From: Cupriavidus necator
GTDB lineage: Bacteria; Pseudomonadota; Gammaproteobacteria; Burkholderiales; Burkholderiaceae
DNA length: 32,000 nt
Direction of reading: 5' to 3'
Assembly: GCF_016127575.1 (NCBI RefSeq)
Contig: NZ_CP066020.1
Coordinates: 330,001 to 362,000, forward strand
Shown here: piece by piece, positions 7,133 to 15,523 of the stretch
How positions within the stretch are numbered: position 1 is the stretch's first letter
Layout: the number at the start of each line of letters is the position of its first letter
Made by a program: the position numbers and the translations under genes
Notes under the pieces: model-generated
What the model was told of the DNA's origin: nothing
Databases searched by the model: none
What the model saw: only the letters and a program-made list of their open reading frames with translations

Positions 7133-9457
7133 TTACTGCGCCGCCAAGGCAAGTACATCGATGACACCGTCAGCCTCGTCGACGAGATCCGGCGTTTGCG
7201 AGATGAAGAACTCCCGTTCGTAGCCACCGATACGCAGCACTTCGCGCTTCATTTTCATGAAGGCGCGCTTGCGCTCAGGATCCAAGGGGCCATCGGCCTC
7301 ATCGGTAAAGAGGGTCTGGAACGGTTGCTGCGCGTCCTGCGCCCGGTAAAGGGCGATTCCACGCGTCAGACACTCGTTGATCCATACCTTCTGTCCCCCT
7401 GACATCACGGAGAAATCCTTCGTGCTGTCGTTGTCGGCGTCGATCACGTCGATGGCAAAGCCTTCCCGCTTCTCGCCGTTGGCCAGCTCGGTCTGCGTCT
7501 GAATCGCGATGGTGAATCGCGGTCCGTAGCAGGCAAGCAACAGGTCATTGACGATCTGCGTGATGGCCGGGCCCGCGTCATCGATAGACAACGCAATGAC
7601 GCCATCATTGCCCAGGCCCTTTGCCAACAGCTTCCACTGCGCGATCTGGTCGGACAGCGCTTGCGTCTTGGCCTCTGCCGCCGGCAAACCTGCAAGCTCG
7701 GCATCCAGGCGCTCGCGCTCGGCCACCAGCGTGCCCTCCTGCCGAATCAGTGCTTCGATCCGGCCGGCGATGGCAGCGCCACCCTCCCGGCTGGCAGCGA
7801 TCTGGCGGTCCATCTGTCCCAGCATGCCGGTCACATCCTCTGTGGCCAGTGCTGCCAGTTCCCTGCGCACCGCTTCAAGCTGGGCTTGCACGTCCGCAGC
7901 ATCCCGCTTGTGGCGGTCTACGCGCGCCGCTTCTTCCTCAGTCAGTGCCGTCAGATCACGATCAGCCTGCACCAGCCCTTCGCGCGCGGCGTCGAGCATT
8001 GGCTTCCTGGCCGCCAGCGCCGTGAGACGCTGCAGCGACTGCTGATCACGCTCCAGGTCGGCCCGCAGTGCCGCGAAGGCGCTCCGCGCCTGGGCGCGCG
8101 CCGCAAGCGAGTCCTGCATCGACTGCGCCTGTGCCAGCTTCTTGCGATAGCTGTCGCGAAGCGCCTCGACCGTCACTGCCTGCTCACTGAGACCGGCTTT
8201 GGCATTGCGCGCCTGTGCCAACAACGGGCAGGCGGCGTGCATCGGGTCGTCCCAGCAAGGAACCGTCTCGATGACGTCGGCCTGCAGCTTCAGCGACTTG
8301 ACCAATTGCGCCGCCGAGGCACCGCGTTGTTCCAGGCCCTTGAGCTCGGAACTGAGCGCCGCGTGCTCGACCTGCACGGCATCGAGCTTTTCAACAGTCG
8401 CCTGCTGGCTGGCCAGCTCCGCCTGCTTCCGGCCGATGGCCAGTTGCAAGGCATCCCGCTCGCCGGCGGCCGATTCGATGGCCGAGGCCTCCGCCAGCAC
8501 TGCGCGGTGGCTTGCCGCATTTCGGTCCAGATCGCGTCGGCGCACCGCAGCACGGCCGGCAGCCGCCTGCTCGTCGCTGCCCAGCAATACCGCACGCTGC
8601 TCCAACTCACCCTTGCGCTGGTTCAATTCCCGCAACCGCGCTTCGGTACCGGCATTGGCCTCCTGCTTCGCAGCCAGCGTCGCGCGTTCCTGCATCAGCT
8701 TGGCGCCCGTGGCCGTCTCCACGTCCCGGGCCTCGCGCTGGGCATCCAGGCTTTCGCCTACCTGCCAGATCTCCTTGGCAACCACCGCGGCGCGGTCGCG
8801 CTTTCCGGAGAGAGTCAATACGTCGCGCTGCAGGGTATCCAGCGAGCGGGTGAGCAGTTTGGCAACCTCGCCCGCTTTCGCCGACAAGTCGCGCAGGTGC
8901 TCGATCCCGAGCAGTTCGGCAAGCAGCTTCTTGATCTCGCCGGCCTGGTAACTGGCGAGCGGTCGGCGGTTCTGGGCAGAAAACACGCTGGTGAAGAACG
9001 CCTCGGGCGACCCGAGCACGGCCTCCAGACACCGGTTGTAGGTGTCCGCCTTACCGTCCGACAGCGTCCCGTCAGCCAACTGCAGCGGCTTCCAGTCACC
9101 TCCCGCGTCCTTCTCGAACAGGTAGTACTCGGCCTTGCGGCTCTTGCCAGGATTGCGGAACGCGAACGCTGAGCGATACGTCTTGCCGCCGTGCTCCCAC
9201 TCCAGATCCTTCTCCGCGCGCGGGGCGCAGAGATGGTCCCAGTACGAGAACGCGTCGACTGACATCTTGCTTGCGTGGCTCGGCATGATGGGAAACGGGT
9301 GCAGGTTGTCCATGATCGTGGTCTTGCCAGCCCCGTTGGGGCCGACCAGGGCGATCAGGCCACCCGGCAGCGTCGTCAGGTCCACCGTGACGCTATCGCG
9401 CTTCATGCCGTCGCGGATCCCGTAGAATCCCGTGAGCATCAGTTTCAGTGGACGCAT
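7133..9457 (-). CDS. SbcC/Rad50-like SMC-family ATPase (774 aa)
   Basis: Walker A GPNGAGKTT, Q-loop region FSAQN, a long Ala/Glu/Arg/Leu-rich coiled coil, ABC signature MSGGQK, and Walker B/D-loop LFTDEADGPLD. Confidence 0.85.
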   Translation of the reverse strand: MRPLKLMLTGFYGIRDGMKRDSVTVDLTTLPGGLIALVGPNGAGKTTIMDNLHPFPIMPSHASKMSVDAFSYWDHLCAPRAEKDLEWEHGGKTYRSAFAFRNPGKSRKAEYYLFEKDAGGDWKPLQLADGTLSDGKADTYNRCLEAVLGSPEAFFTSVFSAQNRRPLASYQAGEIKKLLAELLGIEHLRDLSAKAGEVAKLLTRSLDTLQRDVLTLSGKRDRAAVVAKEIWQVGESLDAQREARDVETATGAKLMQERATLAAKQEANAGTEARLRELNQRKGELEQRAVLLGSDEQAAAGRAAVRRRDLDRNAASHRAVLAEASAIESAAGERDALQLAIGRKQAELASQQATVEKLDAVQVEHAALSSELKGLEQRGASAAQLVKSLKLQADVIETVPCWDDPMHAACPLLAQARNAKAGLSEQAVTVEALRDSYRKKLAQAQSMQDSLAARAQARSAFAALRADLERDQQSLQRLTALAARKPMLDAAREGLVQADRDLTALTEEEAARVDRHKRDAADVQAQLEAVRRELAALATEDVTGMLGQMDRQIAASREGGAAIAGRIEALIRQEGTLVAERERLDAELAGLPAAEAKTQALSDQIAQWKLLAKGLGNDGVIALSIDDAGPAITQIVNDLLLACYGPRFTIAIQTQTELANGEKREGFAIDVIDADNDSTKDFSVMSGGQKVWINECLTRGIALYRAQDAQQPFQTLFTDEADGPLDPERKRAFMKMKREVLRIGGYEREFFISQTPDLVDEADGVIDVLALAAQ

Positions 9458-9960
9458 TCGGACACCTCCGTACCATTGAAGGAGTGAAGGTATTCCGGCG
9501 GCATTTCCATGACGTTGTCGTCAAACACTGGCAGCTCGGCAACGACAGGAGCATCGCGTTCCGGCTTGCCAGCGATTGCGCGCTCCAGGGAGCGACGCGC
9601 TGCGGCAAACTCGCCGGCGGCCATCTTGATCACGGCCGGCCAATCCTCAAGGCCAGTGATGGCCCTGAGTTCGAGTTGGCTCCACTGGGAAGCCAAGCCG
9701 TTGGACGCCGACCAGATCAGGTCCTGCAGCTCCTTGGAAGGTGCCACGGCAAGGAAGGTATTTCGGCCGACTTCACCAAGGGCCAAAACCAGCATGTGAC
9801 CGCGCTTGGCGATCACCGTACCGCGGCCCTTGCCGAACGGCTCGTACAGCATGCACTGCGTAAATTCATGGGCGTCGGCCAGGCGCTTGGCCATCACCGA
9901 GCGGTCCATGCACGCTTCTTCAACGAAGAGCCAGTCGGGACCGGCGTGGTACAAGATCAT
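9445..9960 (-). CDS. Hypothetical protein (171 aa) between the SbcD-like and SbcC-like genes
   Basis: AGGAG lies 8 nt upstream of the ATG at 9960. The gene overlaps the SbcC-like start by 13 nt. No motif recognised. Confidence 0.65.
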   Translation of the reverse strand: MILYHAGPDWLFVEEACMDRSVMAKRLADAHEFTQCMLYEPFGKGRGTVIAKRGHMLVLALGEVGRNTFLAVAPSKELQDLIWSASNGLASQWSQLELRAITGLEDWPAVIKMAAGEFAAARRSLERAIAGKPERDAPVVAELPVFDDNVMEMPPEYLHSFNGTEVSECVH

Positions 9961-10041
9961 TTTTGCACTCCTGGAAAAGGACGGAGTGCGCCCCAGACGG
10001 GAAGCACCCGTCTGGGTAGAAAGAAAGAAAATGGATACTGC

Positions 10042-10065
10042 GGGGTCGATGCGTCAAGGACGCGG
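10042..10065 (-). promoter_or_regulatory. Copy a of the conserved island motif GGGTCGATGCGTC-N4-GACGCGG (written as on the plus strand)
   Basis: GGGGTCGATGCGTCAAGGACGCGG, 82 nt upstream of the minus-strand start at 9960. Confidence 0.5.
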
Positions 10066-10137
10066 AGAAAACCGGGTTTCGGCAGCCTCTAGGGCTGTCG
10101 GAACATGGCTCACATGTTCTAAGGTGTGGGCGTATCG

Positions 10138-11598
10138 CTACGCAAACAGATCATCGGTCAGCCAGTCCATCGCTGGGGCAGTTAGCGATGACGACGGCAA
10201 CGCCGGCTTGGCGTCCGTTTCCTTCGAGCCTGGCGGCACCGGAGGCGCACCGACATCGTCTTCCAGCTCCATGCCAACCAGCGCCGTTAAGACATGTGGC
10301 AACACAGGCTCGGGTGGGGATGCATCGGATGCTGCCGCTACCGGATCAGCCACAAGATCCGCCAGCACGCGATCGGCAATCGACTGCGCATCGTTCGTCT
10401 CAAGCATCGAGAGGCAGTCCATGAGCGGATTGGCCTCAACACCCGTCAACTCACACCAGCGTCCCAGCTTCTCGGGCAATGTTGCGGCCCGGCTGATGCC
10501 TTCGGCCCGGCTACGAACTGCCGGTAGCACCCGGGCTTCGAGCTTCACCTCGGCACTGGCGCCAAAGAGAGCCGTGATGGCCTCCCGGTCCACAAGCTGG
10601 CGGTGCTCCTCGTTGACCGTCCAACGGATGCGCACGAACTTGTCGGCAGCATCGGTGGCCATCTCGGTCAGCTGCGCCATATCCGGCGGGCCGTCGAAGT
10701 CAATGCAGACGGACTGGCGCGCCGGTGTCGCCACCAGCGAGGCCTCGGTCCGGCGGGGAGCAATCTGCCAGCGCAGGTAGCCCTTTTCCCCAATCTCACC
10801 ATAGTGGAAGCGCCCGATGGAGCCCGGATAGGCCACCACCCTGCCCTCCTGTGCCCATTGCTGGGCGCGGTGAATGTGCCCGAGCATGAAGGCATCGCAA
10901 TCGGCATCGAACAGCGCGCCAATGGTGAATTCGTAGTCGAATCCGGCCATCGGCACCCCGTGCTCGGTCTGGCACCCGTTGACCGTACCGTGGGACACGC
11001 CGATCGTGCGCGCGCCCCTCGATCGCCATTGGTGATTGACGGTACCCGCAGCCCTCAGATAGTCGGCCAGGTGATCGCCGACTGCCGTGGCAGCACTTGC
11101 AACGCCAGCCGCGGCCGCCAGCACAGCCTTATTGACCGTCGGCACACAGGTGAACACCACTTCCGGTATGCCGTGCTGTGCTAGCAGCACGTCGATCTCC
11201 GCGGTGTCGAAGACGGGCCCCACCGACGGCACAAAGTGCCCTGCGCATAGTGCAACCTGATGGATGCGATCCGCGACATAGACGGGATACTGTGCGCCGA
11301 TGAGGCGAAACAGGTCCAGCGTGCCCGGGGGCTCGTGGCTATATGTGCCTTGCAGCATCAAAACGGGCATGCGTGCTGTCAGCTGGTGAACTCGGCGTGC
11401 CAGCGCCGAGAGCGCCGGTGTGTGCGCGTCCAGGCGGTGGTCGGTGGAATCCCCAGACACCACGCCAACTTGGCACCCGCCGGCAATCGCGTCATCGACC
11501 GCAAAGCCGAAGCAGCGGTCGGCCTCTGCCAGGTGGCCAGGGGAATAGTGCAGATCCGAGAAGTGCGCGACAAGCAGGCTATCGCCTTCATTGTGCAT
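10138..11598 (-). CDS. SbcD/Mre11-like calcineurin-type metallophosphoesterase with a long C-terminal extension
   Basis: LVAHFSDLHYSP (DxH), VVSGDSTDH (GD), ...GHIH... phosphoesterase motifs. Start taken at MHNEGD (11598) with GGAGG 8 nt upstream. The track ORF start at 11673 was rejected. Confidence 0.8.
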   Translation of the reverse strand: MHNEGDSLLVAHFSDLHYSPGHLAEADRCFGFAVDDAIAGGCQVGVVSGDSTDHRLDAHTPALSALARRVHQLTARMPVLMLQGTYSHEPPGTLDLFRLIGAQYPVYVADRIHQVALCAGHFVPSVGPVFDTAEIDVLLAQHGIPEVVFTCVPTVNKAVLAAAAGVASAATAVGDHLADYLRAAGTVNHQWRSRGARTIGVSHGTVNGCQTEHGVPMAGFDYEFTIGALFDADCDAFMLGHIHRAQQWAQEGRVVAYPGSIGRFHYGEIGEKGYLRWQIAPRRTEASLVATPARQSVCIDFDGPPDMAQLTEMATDAADKFVRIRWTVNEEHRQLVDREAITALFGASAEVKLEARVLPAVRSRAEGISRAATLPEKLGRWCELTGVEANPLMDCLSMLETNDAQSIADRVLADLVADPVAAASDASPPEPVLPHVLTALVGMELEDDVGAPPVPPGSKETDAKPALPSSSLTAPAMDWLTDDLFA

Positions 11599-11694
11599 GG
11601 TATGACCTCCAAAGAAATGTGCCGGCGTGCGGCAGGAAAAGAGAAAGGGAAGCCATATGGCTTCCCCTGACATGCCGGCACGAGGCTGGCGAAA

Positions 11695-12984
11695 CTACGG
11701 TGCGACTTCGGCAGCGATCGCGGCTATCTGTTCGCGGAACGCAAGCGGATTGGTCAGCGCTGTGCGCATTTCGCCAAGCAGTTGGCGAACGTCCTGGTCA
11801 CGCTTGGTCCAGCCGCGCCCAAATGTGGCAGATGCGTAGATGCGGAACTGTGCCCGGCCTTCCTGATTGGCCAGGCCCAGACGCACCATCAGATCCTCGA
11901 ACTGGCTTTCCAGGTCGTCGCCGTCGACGGGCACTTGATGCGCTGCAGTGGCATCAACAACCTGCGACAGCTTCGTCGCTTCATCGCCCTGCAGAGGCGT
12001 CTGCTCCGTTGGCTGGACCTCGTCTTCCAACGCAGCAACTGCCTGCGTCGCCATCTCGAGTGCCGGCGCACGACGGTCCGACCCGTCCAGCAGGGCAGCG
12101 ATATCGATCTCCGCGTCCAACGTGATGAGCCATTGCATCTGGCGCACCGCCCTTCCGCTATCATCGATGCGGCTGATCTCCACCTCCTGCTTGGACATCC
12201 AGAACTTGACGCCCACCAGCCTGCCGCGCGCCAACGCCACGGTCTGCATGGCGGCGTGAGCCTTCTGCAGGACGTAAATCGAGGTTGTCGGCATTTCGAT
12301 GAGGCCAAGGCCGGAAATGGCCGGCAGCGCGAAGTAGAAACTGGCCGACAGGTTGCAATTCCCATCCTGGTATTGCGGGCACATGTGTGGGTCGCAGATA
12401 CCGTCAGGGATATCGTCGTCCTGTCGCAGGATGATGGTGCGGCCGCCCCAGGTTCGCTTCGCGCGATTGGCGCGAGCATCGCGCACTGGGGGCGCGTACA
12501 TCTTGCAGTAACGCCTGCCGTCCGGCCCGTACTCCGAGAAGAACTGGCGACCGCTCTGCGTCCATGCAACGAGCTGATTGGGCATATTGCTCAACCAGTC
12601 GTCGAACGCGAAGATGACCGGGAATCGCCAGAGACGGAAGCCGTTGCCGTCGCCACGATCCTCACCGTAGCGCTGCACGATCTCTTCAGCCACTGCGGGG
12701 TTGGCAAAGTCCGAGCCGCGGCAGGTGAACCACGGCACGTTCTTCGGAACAAGAGGCGTTTTAATTCCGGTTGCCCGGGATATCTCCAACCCCATACGCT
12801 CGAAGCTCTGACCCTGGGCCAACATCCGGTCATGGATCTTGACGGCTTCAGGCTTCTCACGTGCAGCCTTGGTCAGAACCTTGATGCCGGGCCGGATCTT
12901 GCCAATGATCGGTGGCCGCGTGGGCCGCTCCTCTAGCAGGCTCCGGCGTCCGCCAGGTTCGCTGTAGGTGATGGGTGCATGCAT
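11695..12984 (-). CDS. Hypothetical protein (429 aa), first gene of the SbcCD-like module
   Basis: Long ORF with GC3 bias, ending 97 nt upstream of the SbcD-like start. It contains a Cys cluster ICDPHMCPQYQDGNC and an acidic C-terminal third. No family recognised. Confidence 0.75.
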   Translation of the reverse strand: MHAPITYSEPGGRRSLLEERPTRPPIIGKIRPGIKVLTKAAREKPEAVKIHDRMLAQGQSFERMGLEISRATGIKTPLVPKNVPWFTCRGSDFANPAVAEEIVQRYGEDRGDGNGFRLWRFPVIFAFDDWLSNMPNQLVAWTQSGRQFFSEYGPDGRRYCKMYAPPVRDARANRAKRTWGGRTIILRQDDDIPDGICDPHMCPQYQDGNCNLSASFYFALPAISGLGLIEMPTTSIYVLQKAHAAMQTVALARGRLVGVKFWMSKQEVEISRIDDSGRAVRQMQWLITLDAEIDIAALLDGSDRRAPALEMATQAVAALEDEVQPTEQTPLQGDEATKLSQVVDATAAHQVPVDGDDLESQFEDLMVRLGLANQEGRAQFRIYASATFGRGWTKRDQDVRQLLGEMRTALTNPLAFREQIAAIAAEVAP

Positions 12985-13150
12985 GGTACGTCCTTTCTCC
13001 TGTCAGGAAAGCGAACGACGTCGGCCCGGATGGACGCAGCATGCTCCCGAAGGCGCTGGGCTGTGTCGGCCCCGCGCTGGGTCGTTGCGGCGATGGGAAA
13101 GCCTGACGCGCAGGCTTCCGAAAAGACTGGCGGCGCCATTGGCGCGCCAG

Positions 13151-13190
13151 AAACGAAAAAAGCCCGCTCCGGATTGCGCCGGCAGCGAGC
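13151..13190 (-). terminator. Rho-independent terminator or attenuator inside the long leader upstream of the 429-aa gene
   Basis: The minus strand reads GCTCGCTGCCGG-CGCAAT-CCGGAGCGGGC followed by TTTTTT. The stem has one bulge and one G-U pair. Confidence 0.5.
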
Positions 13191-13609
13191 TTTGCTATTC
13201 AGAACCTGCAATGCCACGCCCCTTCCGGGGGCGTGGCACTCAGGGAGCGGCGCACAATTGCGCGCTGCTCGATGCTGAGGACGTAAAGTCGTCCTCGTGC
13301 AGCATGGTCACGCTGCACAGCAACCCATTTCGCGAACCCACAGGTTCGGCCGCAGGTTCACGGATCGGCTCGACGGCTGCCGTTCTGCCCGGGAGGGGCC
13401 TTTGAGAGAGAGCTCCACATGATCCCGGGCTCGAACGGTGTCAGTCGCGTGCGCTCACAAGGAGGCACCGCGAGAACGCGTATTACGAGCTGATGAGGGA
13501 AGTGTTCGGCGAAAACACTTAGCACAAGAAATATCCACACTGGTAGCCAACCAGTCGGCGCGTGCGCATATGCACGACTTGAAGCAGAAGATGGACTCGC
13601 CAGGAGTCA

Positions 13610-13631
13610 GGGTCGATGCGTCAGTGACGCG
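13610..13631 (-). promoter_or_regulatory. Copy b of the conserved island motif
   Basis: GGGTCGATGCGTCAGTGACGCG. It lies in the 0.8-kb divergent intergenic region, in the same orientation as all other copies. Confidence 0.45.
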
Positions 13632-13773
13632 AGGTGTGAATGCATTGTGGCACAGAAAATCCGTCGCAAAGAATGCGAAAGCTCGCCAATTTGCCATAGC
13701 TTTCAAAGTCATCGAGTGCCCGGTTGTGTCCGACAATTTCACCCTGAGAGAGCGCTTCCGAGAACATGAAAAA

Positions 13774-14340
13774 ATGGCCGAACAGGATCCACCCAAGGTA
13801 TCAGCCAGTGGGCTCAGACCCATTGAGCGACACAACAGCGAAGAACGGCTAAGCCGCCTCACGCCGACGACGGCTTCAGCTACCCTCCACGCCTACTGCT
13901 CAAAGTTCGCGCGCGACTTCCTGGATGCACATTTCTACTACGCTTCATCCAAGTTCGTCGTGGCGCGTGGCGGCAAGGTCAAGGCGCTGGATGAAGCGTT
14001 TCGCGACGCGGAGGATTGGTATGGCAGTGCACTGAGCTGGCTTTCGAAGACCGATCAGGTCGAGATTCCCCTCTTCTACGAGGAGAAAGAGGTCAAGGTC
14101 TCCCATTCCTTCGCCGGCCGGCTGCTCAGACTGCTGATGCAGTTCGACCGGATTTTTGTTGAGACGCTCTACAGCCAGGAATGCGGGTCCATCTCTGCGG
14201 ACCAACGCACCACGACAATCCAGATCGCCGCAAAGCGGATCACCGCGATTCACCAACTCTGCATCCCGGACACAGACAAGTTCGGACCCGACGGCACACT
14301 GATTTCATCTCACCGGAGCTCCCCCGATGGACATGCGTGA
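13774..14340 (+). CDS. Hypothetical protein (188 aa); start uncertain
   Basis: Frame open from 13438, but the upstream part contains motif copy b and is AT-richer. MAEQDPPKVS... (13774) was chosen. No domain recognised with confidence. Confidence 0.5.
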   Translation: MAEQDPPKVSASGLRPIERHNSEERLSRLTPTTASATLHAYCSKFARDFLDAHFYYASSKFVVARGGKVKALDEAFRDAEDWYGSALSWLSKTDQVEIPLFYEEKEVKVSHSFAGRLLRLLMQFDRIFVETLYSQECGSISADQRTTTIQIAAKRITAIHQLCIPDTDKFGPDGTLISSHRSSPDGHA

Positions 14341-15010
14341 CATCGAGCAGCTGCATGCTCAATACGCCCAACCACCCCTTACGATCGACATCTCTCCGGC
14401 GGGTGCAGCGACGGCGCCGCATCTTGGCTATGGCGGCACTTCCACCGCACCAGCAAGGGCCTCCACCTCCCCGTTCCCGTTCGCGTTGCGCGGCAATCCC
14501 CGGCTGCTGTGGGGGCTTGGCTTCGTTTCCGCCGCAGCGCTCATGTTCATCATTGGCACATCTATTGGGAAGCGGGAATCGCGTGCCGGCACCGAGCAGG
14601 TGCAGCCGGTTCACTCCGCTCCCGAAGCTTCCGCGCGTGTTCCGGCGGCCGACGGCCATGAATGGCCGCGCAAGACCAACAGCGTCCCCGCATCGGAAGT
14701 AGCTCAGAGCACTGTATTGCCGGTATCTGGCGAGGCCGCAGTGGCGTCGACGTCCGCAGCATCCGCTGCCGCCGTGCCCGCGGAGCAAACGCGGGAGCGA
14801 TCACCAGCGGAGCCGAAGGCGGAGACAGTGAAGCGATCTGCGGCCCCGGCTGCGCCTGCCCCTGCGCTTGCCCCTGCACCAGCACCGGCGAGGGCCGCGA
14901 CCGTACTGGCCCCGGCCAAGACTGCACAGCAGCTGCCGACTAGTGCCGCGCCGGCGCGAAACACAGCGGCGCAGCATGCCAACTCCCCCACCGACATCAA
15001 GATGTTCTGA
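14327..15010 (+). CDS. Single-pass membrane protein with an Ala/Pro-rich C-terminal region
   Basis: GGAG lies 9 nt upstream and the gene overlaps the previous one by 14 nt. TM segment LLWGLGFVSAAALMFIIGTSI, then AAPAAPAPALAPAPAPARA low complexity. Confidence 0.65.
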   Translation: MDMRDIEQLHAQYAQPPLTIDISPAGAATAPHLGYGGTSTAPARASTSPFPFALRGNPRLLWGLGFVSAAALMFIIGTSIGKRESRAGTEQVQPVHSAPEASARVPAADGHEWPRKTNSVPASEVAQSTVLPVSGEAAVASTSAASAAAVPAEQTRERSPAEPKAETVKRSAAPAAPAPALAPAPAPARAATVLAPAKTAQQLPTSAAPARNTAAQHANSPTDIKMF

Positions 15011-15015
15011 GCGCC

Positions 15016-15426
15016 ATGGAAAATCCTCCCATCTTCAGCGTGCTGCGTGCCGGCATGAGCATCCACGGCGACATTGTTTCGGACCATGGCTTCACTTGCC
15101 TGGCGCTGGTCACCGGCAACATTGGCGCTTCCCGGGGCCTATTGCATATCGCGGCAGGCGGTGTAGTGCACGGCAACGTCGATGGCGAGCACGTCATTGT
15201 GGACGGTGTGGTCGAAGGCGATGTCGTCGGTCGGACCTCTTTGCTGATCAACGGCCGAGTGAAGGGCCGGATCATCTACGCGGGCACTATCCGGCTGGGA
15301 CCGAATGCCGCCCTGGACGGCACCATCACACGCATTCAGGCGGTCGGCTATGCACCATCCCCACAAAAGGAGGGGGTGGCCGTCACTGACTCTGCTACCG
15401 AAGCGGTGGAGCCTGCGAGCAGTTGA
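15016..15426 (+). CDS. Bactofilin-family (polymer-forming, beta-helical) protein
   Basis: Repetitive G-x-[IV]-x-G-x-[IV] windings: SIHGDIVSDHG...VTGNIGASRGLLHIAAGGVVHGNVDGEHVIVDGVVEGDVVGRTSLLINGRVKGRIIY. Confidence 0.75.
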   Translation: MENPPIFSVLRAGMSIHGDIVSDHGFTCLALVTGNIGASRGLLHIAAGGVVHGNVDGEHVIVDGVVEGDVVGRTSLLINGRVKGRIIYAGTIRLGPNAALDGTITRIQAVGYAPSPQKEGVAVTDSATEAVEPASS

Positions 15427-15485
15427 GGAACATGTTCCTTCCAACAAATCGAAAAGCTCAGTTCCACACCCTCTCTTTCGAGAGC

Positions 15486-15523
15486 AAAAAGGCCCGGCAG
15501 AAATTTTCGCCGGGCTTTCTCTT
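15486..15523. terminator. Bidirectional rho-independent terminator
   Basis: GCCCGGC (15492-15498) pairs with GCCGGGC (15509-15515). It is flanked by A5 upstream and TTTCTCTTTT downstream, and sits between convergent genes. Confidence 0.65.

Noticed and set aside
7661-9172. 503-aa plus-strand ORF (and 8199..8951, 7548..8045) opposite the SbcC-like gene
   Set aside because: These are Arg/Leu/Gln-rich shadow frames of a high-GC gene. The minus frame carries unambiguous Walker A, signature and Walker B motifs.
13438-13773. First 112 codons of the 300-aa ORF 13438..14340, and the 60-codon minus ORF 13358..13540
   Set aside because: The region contains motif copy b and several hairpins and has atypical codon usage. 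All other motif copies are intergenic. It is therefore treated as non-coding leader or promoter space.
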